This document shows, piece by piece, positions 25,952-41,055 of a stretch of 64,000 nt of DNA; position 1 is the first letter of the stretch; the number at the start of each line of letters is the position of its first letter. A program made the translations under genes and the position numbers. The stretch is from Eledone cirrhosa (Eukaryota). Where the stretch lies: positions 11,594,001-11,658,000 of the forward strand of contig OZ024762.1 of assembly GCA_964016885.1 (NCBI GenBank). Reading direction: 5' to 3'. The notes below the pieces were generated by a model, which was given only the letters and a program-made list of their open reading frames with translations, did not search any database and was not told the DNA's origin.

Positions 25952-26150
25952 ATAGGAAAAGTATGACCCCAACGGCAGAGCTCAAGCCGTTTCGACGGCT
26001 ATTTCTGGAGTGAGTCCAGAAGTAGCCGTCGAAACGGCTTGAGCTCTGCCGTCGGGGTCATACTTTTCCTATTACCGACTCTACTACCCTAAGTATTTAG
26101 TACTCTGGTGCGTTATGGTCCATTTGGTTCCTTACCACAACTCCTTTGTT
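25952..26150 (+). mobile_element. Fold-back element carrying a putative HHR 3' half; family copies 29410-29528, 32858-33034, 33262-33408, 62995-63223
   Basis: Palindrome 25952-26072; GAAACGGC-ttgagctct-GCCGTC-GGGGTCA; shared 3' body CTACTACCCTAAGTA..GAGTACTCTGGTGCGTTATGGTCCA..CTTACCACA ending in (TA)n. Confidence 0.75.
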
Positions 26151-26442
26151 ATATATATATATACAGTATATATATATATATATATGTGTCTGTGTGTGTG
26201 TGTGTTTGTATAGATAAATGACAGATACGTGTATATACACACAAACATAGCTATAGTGCACTATGCACTTTAAAAGCCAAGTGATCGAGTAAATATGAGT
26301 TAATACGATCGAGTGGAAGTAGCAGTCACATTCAAGTGAATGGAATTTTTTAAGGCTGTGTTTGACGTGTGTATAAGTGTGTATGTATTTATGTCTATAA
26401 GAATTTGCACGTGCAGTGTATATATAGTTGTGTGTGTATGTA

Positions 26443-26700
26443 CAGGGTAGGATTTAGATTTGATGAGGCCCTAAGCTATTTGAGATAATGGGGCCCTTTA
26501 TATATTCTAAAAAATGTTTAAAAAACTGCAAAACGTTCAATATTAAAGCAGAAAACTGTTTAAAACTATTGCATTATTTTAGTTCCTTTTTATCTTATAT
26601 TTTGGAAATGTACAGTTTTTGTTTTCAATTTTTTCGGGGCCCCAAGAAAGTGGGGGCTCTAAGCTATAGCTTGTTTAGCTTATATGTAAATCCCACTCTG
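26443..26700. mobile_element. hAT-type MITE
   Basis: TIRs CAGGGTAGGATTTA / TAAATCCCACTCTG; perfect 8-bp TSD TGTATGTA. Confidence 0.85.
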
Positions 26701-27120
26701 TGTATGTATGGATTGATGTGAATATATGTGTGTGTGTATGCATGGATAGATGTGAATATGTGTGTGCATGCATGGATAGATGTGAATCTGTGTGTGTATG
26801 CATGGATAGATGTGAATCTGTGTGTGTGTGCATGGGTAGATGTGAATCTGTGTGTGTGTGTGCATGGGTAGATGTATATATGTGTGTGTGTATTGATAGA
26901 TATGTATATAAGTGTGTATATATGGATAAATGTGTATATATGTCTGTATGTATGGATAGATGTGAATCTGTGTGTGCATGTATGTATAGATGTGTATATA
27001 TATGTGTATGTATGGATAGACGTATATATGTGTAAATGTATGTATGGATAGATGTGAATCTGTGTGTGTGCCTATATAGATATGTATATCTGTGTGTATG
27101 CATGGATAGATGTGTAAATA
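26701..27120. repeat. ~30-bp minisatellite (ATGCATGGATAGATGTGAATCTGTGTGTGT)
   Basis: Directly visible tandem units. Confidence 0.8.
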
Positions 27121-27317
27121 TATATATGTGTGTGTGTGTATATGCATAATAAATGTGTATATATGTGTATAAGTGCTTGCCTATATATGCTATATACGAA
27201 TATGTTTTCAAATATGCGTGAAATAGTATGGGGGAGGGGAGGGTGCATATTTTCGTATCTACGTGCTGATGTATTACATGTGCTTGCCAATGAATGCATT
27301 ATATATACATACATACA

Positions 27318-27375
<58 letters not shown>

Positions 27376-27510
27376 CACATATATTTTTCAGTCTCTAGGG
27401 GTACTTTAACCGATTTTCTAAGCTATTATTTATAGTGGTCGGCTGTTATTTTCTGCATTAGGGATTTCCACATCTTCTAATTCCAAATCACCCAAGCGCT
27501 TCGATAGTTG

Positions 27511-27568
<58 letters not shown>

Positions 27569-27694
27569 AGGTGTCCCCCAAAAATGTATACACACTTCAA
27601 CAGCATCTGAAAAGATTCTTGTGTCGACAATGTCTGTAAACTATCTCTGAAAGTGAACATTGTGGATGTGTGTGCGTGTAGGCCTCTTATATAT

Positions 27695-27727
<33 letters not shown>

Positions 27728-27741
27728 AATGGTATATATAT

Positions 27742-27775
<34 letters not shown>

Positions 27776-27828
27776 CGTTGATTAAATATTAACCATCTAC
27801 CATGTCAGGGTATGTTATGTATCATTTT

Positions 27829-27902
27829 ATTTTATCTGATGAGGACGTACTGTTGAACTTAATTCAGTTAATTCAGTACCTCTGAAATGTGTATAATAAA
27901 AT
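27829..27902 (+). ncRNA. Minimal type I hammerhead motif in colinear element 27776-28047
   Basis: ATTTTAT-CTGATGA-GGACGTACTG..CAGTACCTCT-GAAA-TGTGTATA-ATAAAAT. Confidence 0.8.
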
Positions 27903-28044
27903 TGAATTGATTACAAGAATATCTATTTTGTTAATATTTGCAATTAATATTAATTAACTCTGGAAAATATTTTTTATACTGTAGAGTGCTTCCTATCTAT
28001 TGTAAAACTCATTCTTTGATGTACTCATTGAATCTTGTTTAACT

Positions 28045-28095
<51 letters not shown>

Positions 28096-28099
28096 CTCT

Positions 28100-28139
<40 letters not shown>

Positions 28140-28185
28140 AATGAAAGTATAGAAATTATTGTGAGCGTGAAGCCAACAGTATTTC

Positions 28186-28238
<53 letters not shown>

Positions 28239-28724
28239 AATTCAGACCTGACCTCTGTATCTAAGGAATTAACTCAGCGGAACACGGAACCTTTCTATGG
28301 ATTTCACTGGATTACTCGCCATCAGATTACATTGAGTTCTATCTACGGTAGGGACCCTACCCCCAAGGGTAGCCCACTGAAAAAGTATATATATATATAT
28401 ATATATATATGCGCAGTATACACACTTCAACGTAAATATAATCAAAGTATGTATACATTTTTGGGGACATCCTGTATATATATACTATAACACAGGAAAG
28501 TAAATTCTCAGGGATATTTAGAATAAACTTTCGTTTTACGATCACAGACAACTTCCAGTAATATCCGTGAGTGAAATTAATAGATTTAGGGGGAAATAAT
28601 TATCGACATAATCGTAACCTACATCTTCAAGATTGTATCTCTGCAAAAAATACATTATTAAGAAAGTTATGAGGAACACTAAATTATGTCATCTTATGTG
28701 TGTGTGTGTGTCTGTATATTTATG

Positions 28725-28780
<56 letters not shown>

Positions 28781-28827
28781 GTTGACAAGATGGTCAGTGG
28801 TGCGGCTGCAGCTATATACCTGTATGT

Positions 28828-28867
<40 letters not shown>

Positions 28868-29039
28868 AGGAGGTGCGTTTTATTGTAGCACAATAAAGCA
28901 ATGCAAATATCGGATAAGTAGCACTCTACAGTTTGTAGGACTGGAGTATAAATAATATAAGATCAAAAGATGGTTAAAATATGTTGATTTAACACTTCAC
29001 TGTTCACAAGTGTTTTTTAAGCTTCATATCATGTCTCCC

Positions 29040-29110
29040 TATTTTATCTGATGAGAACGCAGATATCATCCCATGATGATATTTGTTTTTGAAATGCGCA
29101 TAATAAAATA
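29040..29110 (+). ncRNA. Minimal type I hammerhead ribozyme in inverted element 28864-29147
   Basis: TATTTTAT-CTGATGA-long stem II-GAAA-TGCGCATA-ATAAAATA; perfect 8-bp stem I, palindromic ATGCGCAT stem III; 27-bp inverted repeat 28953-28979 / 29121-29147. Confidence 0.88.
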
Positions 29111-29674
29111 CTTGGAACTCTTTTAACCATCTTTTGATCTTATATTATATATATATATATATAGTAGAATAATCGAGTATCGAAAAATCGGCGCACGAGT
29201 TCACGATAAACAAAATTCGATATGAGCGGCAGAGGGCTCCATAATTTAGATAAATCAGAGCTATAACTATCGTTAAAATACCGTCACACATAGAACAAGT
29301 CTATAATCAACCGTACGATCGAAAAGTTGCGATCTGGAAGATTCGGGACACTCAGATAAAAAATCAATAAATCAATAAATCAAATGAATGTATATATATA
29401 TATATATATGAAAAGATTCAGCCGTTGGGGTCCTGACTCTTTTCCTATTACCCACTCGACTACCCTAAGTATCGAGTACTCTGGTGCGTTATGGTCCACC
29501 TGGTATCTTACCACACTTTCTTTGTTATATATATAATCGTTAAACATCTGTTTTCCTTGCTAGCAAGTGTTGGACAGATCACAAGAAACCCAGGCAGTGT
29601 TCAAGCGAAGTTAGTGACCTCTCAGGCATGCTGGGGTCCTGCATCTTTCTAATACATGTTCCAGCACTTGATCA

Positions 29675-30035
29675 ATTGCTGAAATGGGCAGTGTTCTGCA
29701 TCTTGCTTATACACACCCCTGTACTTTATCAAGCACTGAAATCGGTAGGGTTCTGTATCTCACATACGTTCCTATACCCTACCAAGCACTGAAATGGGTA
29801 GGGTTCTGTATCTCGCATACGTTCCTATACCCTACCAAGCACTGAAATGGGTAGGGTTCTGTATCTCACATACGTTCCTATACCCTACCAAGCACTGAAA
29901 TGGGTAGGGTTCTGTATCTCACATACATTCCTATACCCTACCAAGTGCTGAAATGGGTAGGGTTCTGTATCTCACATACATTCCTATACCCTACCAAGTG
30001 CTGAAATGGGTAGGGTTCTGTATCTCACATACATT
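29675..30035. repeat. 53-bp minisatellite x~6.5
   Basis: AAGCACTGAAATGGGTAGGGTTCTGTATCTCACATACGTTCCTATACCCTACC at 29731, 29784, 29837... Confidence 0.9.
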
Positions 30036-30439
30036 CATGTGCTCTACTGTGTGTATTTTATCAGAGCAACAGCACTATTGAAGTTATGTCTTGGACAAAG
30101 CTGAAGAGTCCTTCTTACACATTGTTTAGCAGGATTTCTATGGTTGGATACCATTTCTATCACCTACACTACGAAGGTTGTCATGTCTTCGACACAACTG
30201 AAGAATCCTTCCTGCTCTGAGTTTGCCAGGTTTTCTAAGCTGGAGGCCTTCCCTACCACTAACCTCTGTACACAATACCCTGGATGTATTTATCACATAC
30301 AACGCCACCATTAGCTGGGTTGTCCTTCATTCTTATTAACCTTTCCTATCCATTTTGTTTACAATTTGAGGTTTGTTATTGTCACTTTAGTACATATAGC
30401 TGTCTATATTTCAATAAATGACTACTATCATAAACATTA

Positions 30440-30592
30440 CATGTATGTATATATATATATATATACGTATGTATGTATATATATGTATGTATGTATATAT
30501 ATATATATTATATATATGTATATATATATATGTATGTATGTATATGTATGTATGTATATGTATGTATATATATGTATGTATATGTATGTATG

Positions 30593-30625
<33 letters not shown>

Positions 30626-30643
30626 GTATGTATATGTATGTAT

Positions 30644-30729
<86 letters not shown>

Positions 30730-30730
30730 G

Positions 30731-30768
<38 letters not shown>

Positions 30769-30772
30769 AATG

Positions 30773-30803
<31 letters not shown>

Positions 30804-30816
30804 GTATATATATATG

Positions 30817-30848
<32 letters not shown>

Positions 30849-30944
30849 AATGTATATATATATATATATATATGTATGTATATGTTGGGTGCGGATGCAT
30901 TCATGTATATATGTGTGTGTCCGCATGTATCTGTGTGTTTCTAA

Positions 30945-31010
<66 letters not shown>

Positions 31011-31112
31011 GTATATATATGTATGTATGTATATATATATATGTATGTATATATATGTATATATATTATGTATGTATATATATGTATATATATGTATGTA
31101 TGTATATATATG

Positions 31113-31143
<31 letters not shown>

Positions 31144-31157
31144 GTATATATATTATG

Positions 31158-31240
<83 letters not shown>
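30440..31240. repeat. (TA)n/(TATG)n compound microsatellite
   Basis: Directly visible; one of many such tracts. Confidence 0.95.
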
Positions 31241-31242
<2 letters not shown>

Positions 31243-31832
31243 CACAACATATATTATCTATCTCATAACATAATAATAATAATATTTCACAGACTGCAGC
31301 AACAGTCCCCCCCCCCCCCCCCCACCACCACCTTTGTTAATTAATTAAACTCTGAGCACTAATTGGTATATCGTCTTTGCCATCTATATTGACTGCCTTT
31401 ACCACCACCACCATCATCACCACCACCTTATGATCCCCACCACCACCTTATGATCCCCACCACCACCACTACCGGCAACTTATCCCCCACCACTGCCACT
31501 ACCACCACCACCACCACGTTATCAACCATCTCCTACCAGCTGATCAATTATATTTGATTGACTGATAAGGAACCCTTAGTATCCCCCCCTCCCACATACA
31601 CACACACATTGTAGCCCCCTAACATCACCCCCCCCCCCCACACACACACATTCTAGCTCCTAATATCATCATAAAAAGTCTGACACCCCCACCCTCATAA
31701 CACCCTTTCTACTCTCTCTTTTCTCTCCCTCTCTTTATGTCTCTTGCTGCTCTTTCTCTCCCCCTCTCATTATGCCCCTGTATACTTCTCTCTCTCCTTC
31801 TCATGTCTCTGTATTCTCCCCCCCCCCCCCCG

Positions 31833-31906
<74 letters not shown>

Positions 31907-32462
31907 GGCACATGGCTTAGTGGTTAGAGCATTGGCCTTGCAATCGAAAGGTTGTGAGTTCAATTCTCAGACCGGGTGATGTGTTGTTTCCTTGAGCAAG
32001 ACACTCTATTTCACATTGCTCCAGTTTACTCAGCTGTAGAAATGAGATGATAGGGACTAGTCGAGGAGGTGCCACGGCAAAAAAAAACCAGCCCACACTG
32101 TAAAGTGGACGTGTAGGCGCCACGGAAAAATAGGACCCAGCACTGACTGTAAATGAGGTTGGTGTTGGGAAGGACATCCAGCTGTAGAAATCAAGCCAGA
32201 ATCAGTTCCCGTCCCACCTTTGCAAGCAGGGAAAAGTGGACGTAAAAATGAAATGAAATGAAAAATATATATATAATTGTTTCTACTTTTGGCACAAGGC
32301 CAGCAATTATCCCAGTGTATTACTGGTACTTTATTTTATCAACCCCATAAGGATGAAAGGCAAAGTTAATCTCGGCGGGATTTGAACTCAGTCCGTAAAG
32401 GGACGTAACTCTTTGCTGCAAAGCATGGCGCCCGACCCTCTACCAATACTGCCAATTCACCG

Positions 32463-32843
32463 ATCTTTATACAACTATGCTCGAAGCTAAATCCTAATTC
32501 TATTCTATTCTATGTTGAACCAATTTATACAGCTTCATATGCAAATGAGATTAATCACCTCATTAACACAGACGAGAAAACTATATATTCTCGCCTGTTT
32601 TCAAAGTCCATCAGTTGTAAGAGAGGGGGTATCATCCTGACGAGAACCAGTTCAATTCGAATGGCATCGACGATTGTCTCCCTTGCTTCTGCTGGACACT
32701 GCCAGGTGGCGATAGCTGCCAGTGTTTTTGCATAGCTACAGCTTTCTAAATGTTTATTTATAAACATACCATATTTCTTTAGAAATACAAAACTCTAATA
32801 CATATCTTTATACAGCTCTGCTCGAAGCTAAATTCTAATTCTA
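32463..32843 (+). mobile_element. 341-bp unit with 40-bp terminal direct repeat and a degenerate hammerhead (32631-32674); retrozyme/pLTR-like
   Basis: ATCTTTATACA.CT.TGCTCGAAGCTAAAT.CTAATTCTA at 32463 and 32804; ATCATC-CTGACGA-GAA..TTC-GAA(-)TGGCATC-GACGAT. Confidence 0.5.
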
Positions 32844-33032
32844 TATGTATATATATCAGATGGGGTGTGGTAAAAACCAGGTAGACCATAACCCACCAGA
32901 GTGCTCGATACTTGGGTTAGTAGAGTGGGTAATATGAAAAGATTCAGGACTCCGACGGCTGAGCTAGATCCGAACGTTCAGATCTAGCTGTTGAAATGGC
33001 TGAAGCTCAGCCGTCGGGGTCCTGAATCTTTT

Positions 33033-33068
<36 letters not shown>

Positions 33069-33113
33069 GTGACGAAACATAAGTCAATTGCATGAACTCA
33101 TAATCCTTTATTT

Positions 33114-33169
33114 ACTGCTATATATATTTCGATGATAGCCATTGAATGGCTATGACCTCATCAGGCAGT
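33114..33169 (-). ncRNA. Minimal type I hammerhead ribozyme motif
   Basis: ACTGC-CTGATGA-GGTCATAGCCATtcaATGGCTATCATC-GAAA-TATATATA-GCAGT, followed by AAATAAA. Confidence 0.85.
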
Positions 33170-33406
33170 TAGTCAGCTCTTAGATATGCCAGCTGTGTGT
33201 GTATAGTGTTGATGGTATCAGAGCCTACATATCTATCTATCTATATATATATATATATATATAACGAAGGAAATGTGGTAAGGAACCAGGTGGACCATAA
33301 CGCACCAAAGTACTCAATACTTAGGGTAGTAGAGTGGGTAATAGGAACGAGTAGGACCCCGACGGCTGAGCTCAAGCCGTTTCGACGGCTAATTCTGGAC
33401 TCAATT

Positions 33407-33450
<44 letters not shown>

Positions 33451-36400
33451 AAGGTGGTCGTGTAGGCGCCACGGAAAACAGAAAAAAAGCACCCAGTACT
33501 CACTGTAAATGAGGTTGGTGTTAGGAAGGGCATCCAGCTAAAGAAATCAACCCAAAATCAGTTCCTGTATGAGCAAGACAAGGTCACCCAACCTGGCATT
33601 GCCCACAACAGGACAATCCGTCCAAACCATGCTAGCGTGGAAGAACGGACGTAAAACGGTGATGATGATGATGATATATATATATATATAAACTTCCCCC
33701 CCACTCCCCTCTCACCAACCAGTAATTATCATCAATACTAAAGGAAGTATTATAAAAGTTGACTATCATCTATGTGAGAAGTATTAGTCCCCTTCCCCTC
33801 CTTCACCCCCAGCACCACCCCACACACCACCACCACCACCACCACCACCCTGCACACCTCAACATATTTTTGACACTCACTAAATATCTCCACATACCAA
33901 TCATCACCATCACCCACCAGCACTGCAAGCACCAACCACCACCACTAACCACCACATACCACCACCACCACAACCACCAAACACCACCACCACCACCCAC
34001 CACACACCACCACCACTACAACAGCACCATCTCAACCACCACCATCTCAACCACCACCACTTACACCACCACCACCACTTACACCACTACCACACCACTA
34101 CCACACCACCACCACTAACCACCACACACCACCACCACCACCACCACACCACCACCACTAACCACCACACACCACCACCACCACTACTACAACACCATCT
34201 CAACCACCACCACCTCAACCACCACCACCACCACCACTACAACAACATCTCAACCACCACCACTACAACACAACACCATCTCAACCACCACCACCACACC
34301 ACCACCACACCACCACCACACCACAACCACCACCACCACTACCACCACCACCACCACCACAACAACACCATCTCAACCACCACCACACCACAACCACCAC
34401 TACCACCACCACCACCACCACAACAACAACCACTACCAGCCATTAAGAAAATTCATCACACTGACCACATTTTCAAGTTGATCTCCTTAAGAATCTTCTA
34501 AAACTCTTGAATTATTCCTTATCTTGATGTAAAGGAGATGTATTGTCCCTTGTTCTTTCAATGGTTTCACTCTTTCAACTGCCGCCATGCTGGAGCACTG
34601 ACTTCAAGGGTTTTAGATGATTTATATCAAACCAAACCCAACATGAAAGTAGCGCATGTCTGTGTGGTGAGAGTACTTGACTCACAGCCCTAAAATCATG
34701 AGTTTGTTTCTCTGGTGGTGTGTTGTGTCCTTGAGCAAGACACTTTACTTCATGTTACTCTAGCTCACTCAACCCACTCAGCTGGTAAAAAGGAGTTGTA
34801 TTTGTAATTCAAAAGGCCAGCCTTGTTACTCAGTCATACTGAATCTTCCTGAGAATTAACCCTTCGCCATTTACATTACTCTATATTTACTATTATATTT
34901 GCACCATAAACACTTTATCTCACATATCAAATCTACGAGATTTTTATATTATTTATTTTGAGAACAATACCTTAACATAAGTATGAGCAGCTGATTATGA
35001 CTGGTTTGTACAGAAAAAAGTGAGAGAATTCTGGCTGGATAATGGCCTGTTTAAATACTAACGGGTTAAATGCTCTAATGCTGTCACTTTGATTCCTGGC
35101 ACTGCACCGAGTCCTTGAGCAAGATATTTTCTTTCCTGTTTCTCTTGCCCACTCAGCCAGCAAAAATGAGTTGTATTTGTAATTCAAAAGGCCAGCTTTG
35201 TTACTCAGTCAGGCTGAATCTTCCTGAGAATTAAATGATGCTAATGCTGTGACTTTGATTCCTAGCATTGCACCGAGTCCTTGAGCAAGACACTTTACTC
35301 TACATTTCTCCAGTCTATACAACTGTAATTCAAAGGTCCAGCCTTGTCACTGTGGTATTCTGAATCTCCCTGAGAATTAAATAATTGTTTCTACTTTTGG
35401 CACAAGGCCAGCAATTATCCCAGTGTATTACTGGTACTTTACTTTATCGACCCCGTAAGGATGAAAGGCAAAGTTTACCTTGACGGGATTTGAACTCAGA
35501 CTGAGAATTAAACAATATACAAATGATCCTAATGTCATGAGTTTGATTCCTGGCAGTCCATTGGGTCCTTGAGCAAGACACTTTATTCAACATTGCTCCA
35601 GTCCCTGGGGAGGTGTGGAGTGTGGGTAACATTTCTTCTCCTCCTCCTCCTCCACACTCTTATATCATAGGTGTGTGTATGTATGTGTGTATACTGGTAT
35701 GTTATCAGCATCTATTGGTCTATATATATATACATATATATACACACTTGTATACATGGGTATTTATTTGTAAGTGTTCCCATATGTCAATACACCATGA
35801 CTTGTGCACATATATCTTATATACACTCAAATTGGTACTTATATATATATATACATACATACACACACATGTATATATCATAAAATGGTAATGTTGGTGC
35901 CACTATAAAATGCACCCAGTACATCCTGTAAAGTGGTTGGTATTTGGAAGTGTATCCAGGTGCAGACGCTGTCCCAAAATTCTCTTTCCCAAGATACTGA
36001 GATAAAGAGACAGATGGTTAATTACTAAAATTTGAAATGTAAGCAATCAAGTTAAATTAGTGTTAATATATTTAATGAAAGGAGCTTTAACATCTGTGGA
36101 GGTGTGTGGCCTAGTGGTAAGGGTGTTGGACTTACGATCATAATGTTGTGGGTTTGATTCTTGGGTTGGGTTGTATGTTGTGTTCTTGAACAAAACACTT
36201 CATTCCATGAAGCTCCAGTATACTCAGCTGAAAATGAGTACCAGAAACAATAGCTGGGAGTTTAACAAAAAAAGCACCTAGCCCACACTGTAAATCTGGT
36301 TGGCGTTAGGGAAGGGCATCCAACTGTAGAAATGTAGAAATCACCTGACCCAACTTGCCTAAAATGGGACAACCGTTTAACCCATGTTAGCGTGGAAAGC

Positions 36401-39004
36401 GGATGTTAAATGATGATGATAATGATGATTATTTTGGATCTTAGAGAGTTCAAATCCCACCAAGGTTAACTTTGCCTTTCATCCTTACGGGGTCGATAAA
36501 ATAAAGTACCAGTCATGCACTAGGGTCGATATAATCGACTTTCTCCTCCTCCTCCAAAATTGCTGACCTTGTGCCTATATAAGAAATCATTATTTTGCAT
36601 CTGAGAGTATTTACTTTAACCCTTTAGCATTTAAACCGGCTATATCCGGTTAAAGTTCTTTCACCTCTTTCTGTTTAAACCAGCTGCAACCGGTCACATA
36701 TACCAATGTTAAGGTATTGTTCTCAAAATAAATAATATCAAATTCTCATAGATTTGATATTATGTGAGATAATTATGTGAGGTAAAGCCTTTACTACAAA
36801 AATACAATAGTATATATAGAGTAATGTAAATGCTAAAGGGTTAATACTGCAAATTTTCACAATCTCTCCCCTAGTAAAGATATTGTGAATACTAGAATTA
36901 ACGACCTTGTTTTTAGATATTTTCTGCTAAATCATTACAGGATGTTGATTAATATGTTAACTAGAAATAGTTAATGAGGTCAGGAAAAAAACAATATTAG
37001 TTAATGACTGTTAATTATTTTGTTCATTTTAGCAAATATTGTAGACATTTCCACACATATACAACACATATACACTGAAATACACACACAAACACACTGA
37101 CGCACACACACACACATTTATACACACACAAACACACTGACGCACACACACACACATTTATACATACACAAACACACTGACACACACACATATACACACT
37201 CAGCGACACTGACACACTCACACTGGCACACATACACACTTAAATACTCACACATACAGACACAAACACACTGAAACAAAAACACACTAACAGTCACACA
37301 CTCTCACTGAAACTCACACACACACTAACAGTCACACACTCTCACACTTAAACACACACACACACACACACCTATTAGCCTCTCTAATAACAGGAAGGGC
37401 ATCCAGCCATCGACAGTTTACCAAACAAAGGATTGGGAGGTCTCTCGGTTTCCTCAAAACCACATCAACCTTGCTGGGGCTGGTGACATATTAAAACACA
37501 TTTGCTAGAATTGGGGATTGAATGTAAGCGAGATATTTTCCCCAGCCCTTCTGAAAAGCCTGTAGCCCCACTTGAGTATTAGCCTGGTCTCTGAAGACCC
37601 ATCCAGCCCATACTAGCATGGAGTAAATGAATGTTAAATAATAATAATTGTTTCTACTTTTGGCACAAGGCCAGCATTTACCCTAGTGTATTACTGGTAC
37701 TTTATTTTATCGACCCCCATAAGGACAAAAGGCAAAGTTAACCTCGGCGGGATTTGAACTCTGACCGTAAAGGGCCGTAACTCTATGCGTCAAAGTATGG
37801 CGTCCGACCCTCTACCGATAATGCCAATCCAAATAATTGTTTCTACATTTGGCACAAGGCCAGCAATTACCCCAGTGCATTACTGGTACTTTATTTTATC
37901 GACCCCCGTAAGGACGAAAGGCAAAGTTAACCTCGGCGGGATTTGAACTGAGATCATAAGGGGAGGTAACTCTATGCCGTAAAGCATGGCATCCGACCCT
38001 CTACTGATACTAACAATCCAAATAATAATAATAATAATAATGATGATGATGATGATGATTGTGTGTGTGTGTGTGTGCACTAATTGACATAGAATCCCCA
38101 TTCTATATATATTGTGTATGAGTTGCAGCAGAAGATAAGTTGCACCCTTTTCAGCTTTGTGAAGATTTCAAGCCCAGAGCAAGGGTCAGCAGATAAGTCG
38201 AATGTGGCTCTCCATGCTTGGTTTATTTTAGTAAATAAAATATAAAATGTCATCTGAATACGTATCATATGGTATATATACATGTAAGTACATACAATAT
38301 ATATATATATATATACAAACATTCTTGCATATACACATACAAACATATACACACACACATACAAACACACACACACAAAAACATATACACACACACATAC
38401 AAACACACACACATATATATACAAACACACACACACGCATATACAAACACATACAAACACACACACATACACGCATATACAAACACATACAAACACATAT
38501 ACAAACACATACACTCACACACATACAAACACATACACATACACTCACACACACAAACACATACATGCATATATATATATGCACATATACATGCACATAT
38601 ATCAGATTGATGCCAATATAAATATATATACATAGGCTCATGTGTGTATATAATACACATTGGTCTATATATACAGCTATACAGACTTATTAACTTGTCA
38701 AGGTGTGTGTGTGTGTATATATATATATACTTGTCAGTATGTATGTGTGCATGTGTGTGTAGATATATATGTATGTGTGTATATATGTGCATGTGTGTGT
38801 ATATATATGTATGTGTGTATATATATGTATGTGTGTATATATGTGTATGTGTGTGTATATATATGTGTATGTGTGTGTATGTGTACAAGCCAATATTAAT
38901 TCCAACATGTATACGGGGTTAACTTGCCAGTATACACAAGCACAAATTCATATTTAAATACATCTTCTGTTATATATATATATATATATATATAACAGAA
39001 GATG

Positions 39005-39046
<42 letters not shown>

Positions 39047-39097
39047 TTATTTATACATATATTTATACATATATATATATATATATACATACATATA

Positions 39098-39136
<39 letters not shown>

Positions 39137-39201
39137 TTATACATATATATCATCATCATCATCATCATAATCATCGTTTAACGTCTATCTTCCACACTAG
39201 A

Positions 39202-39260
<59 letters not shown>

Positions 39261-39571
39261 ATATATACATATATTTATACATACATATATATATATATAT
39301 ACCCCTGCAAGCAGGGAAAAAGCGGACGTAAAATAATGATGATGATGATATACATACATATATATGTGTGTATATATATATACATATATTTATACATATA
39401 AATATATATATATACATACACATACATACATATCAGCCAGGAGTGTATCATATATATATACTAATTCACTAAGTGAAATTAGGTAATTTTTAATTAGACA
39501 GCTTTCAGCGTCATACCATTTATTTTGGCAATCTCTATGTCTGTTGCAAATAATATTAATAAAATCAGCAA

Positions 39572-39636
<65 letters not shown>

Positions 39637-39686
39637 TTTATCTACATCTCTATGTATCATGTTTCTATATATATATTTACATATCT

Positions 39687-39736
<50 letters not shown>

Positions 39737-39866
39737 TATATATATAGATGTAAAATAAAGATAGTGATATATATATATACATCTCTATGTATCACTATCT
39801 CTCTCTCTATATATATATATACATCTTTACATCTCTATGTATCATGTATCTATATATATATATTTA

Positions 39867-40008
<142 letters not shown>

Positions 40009-40384
40009 CAGATGTAAAATAAAGATAGTGATATATATATATATATATCACTATCTTTATTTTACATCTATATATCTCTATCTCTGACACAATTGTACTT
40101 ATGTTTTTATACACACCCTGACACCCTCACACATACATAGATACACACACATCACAACCCTCACTGACATGCATATACACACATATATGTATGTGTATGT
40201 ATATATATATGTGTGTGTGTGTATATATATATATATATGTGTGTGTATATGTATGTGTGTGTGTATATATATATATATGTATGTGTGTGTATTTGTGTAT
40301 ATGTATTTAGGTATGTATGTATGTGTGTATATATGTGTATGTGTATGTATATATATATATATGTATGTGTATATATATTATATG

Positions 40385-40427
<43 letters not shown>

Positions 40428-40525
40428 ATATATGTACCAGGCATGTCCTATCTGTCTTTACAAACCATTCTGGGTGCAGGGATCAGTTTCAGGAGACCAA
40501 ATTAAATAACGTCACAGTTCACTGA

Positions 40526-40556
<31 letters not shown>

Positions 40557-40560
40557 CTCG

Positions 40561-40592
<32 letters not shown>

Positions 40593-40807
40593 CCCTCTCT
40601 CTTTCTCGCTTTCTTTCTCTCTCCCATCTCTTTCTCTCACCCCCTCCCCTCTCTTCCCTTCTCTGTCTCCCCCTTCTCTATCCCTATCTCTCTCCCTCTC
40701 TCTGCCCTCACCCCTCTTTCTCTCTCAAAATAGAGTGACATGATTTTAAAAAAAACGTTATATCATTAGTAGACATAGCGTTATCTAATGTTCCTTTGAA
40801 AACATGT

Positions 40808-41055
40808 TTAACCCTTTAGTTACCAACCTGGCCATAACCAGCTCTGGTTCTATGAAACAAAAGCTTCCAATTTAAATTAAAATCTTTCAACATAATTTTA
40901 TCTAAGAACCAATAATTTTATATATGTTCCAAGCACTATTTAATAATGTGAAAGTTATATTACTTAAATCCTTCCAAACTCTAGAGAATTTTCCAAATTA
41001 TTGTAAATCAAAGGCAGTATTTTTCTTATTTGAAATATGGTAACAAAAAGGTTAA
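40808..41055. mobile_element. Second TTAA-flanked piggyBac-type MITE family; fragments also at ~2613-2690, 42681-42817, 60570-60640, 61530-61590
   Basis: TTAA-CCCTTTAGTTACCA...TGGTAACAAAAAGG-TTAA. Confidence 0.65.

Noticed and set aside
30366-31344. Many [12 protein letters not shown] ORFs here and at 26.7, 38-40, 43.5, 51, 56 and 58 kb
   Set aside because: Dinucleotide microsatellites lack stop codons; artefacts.
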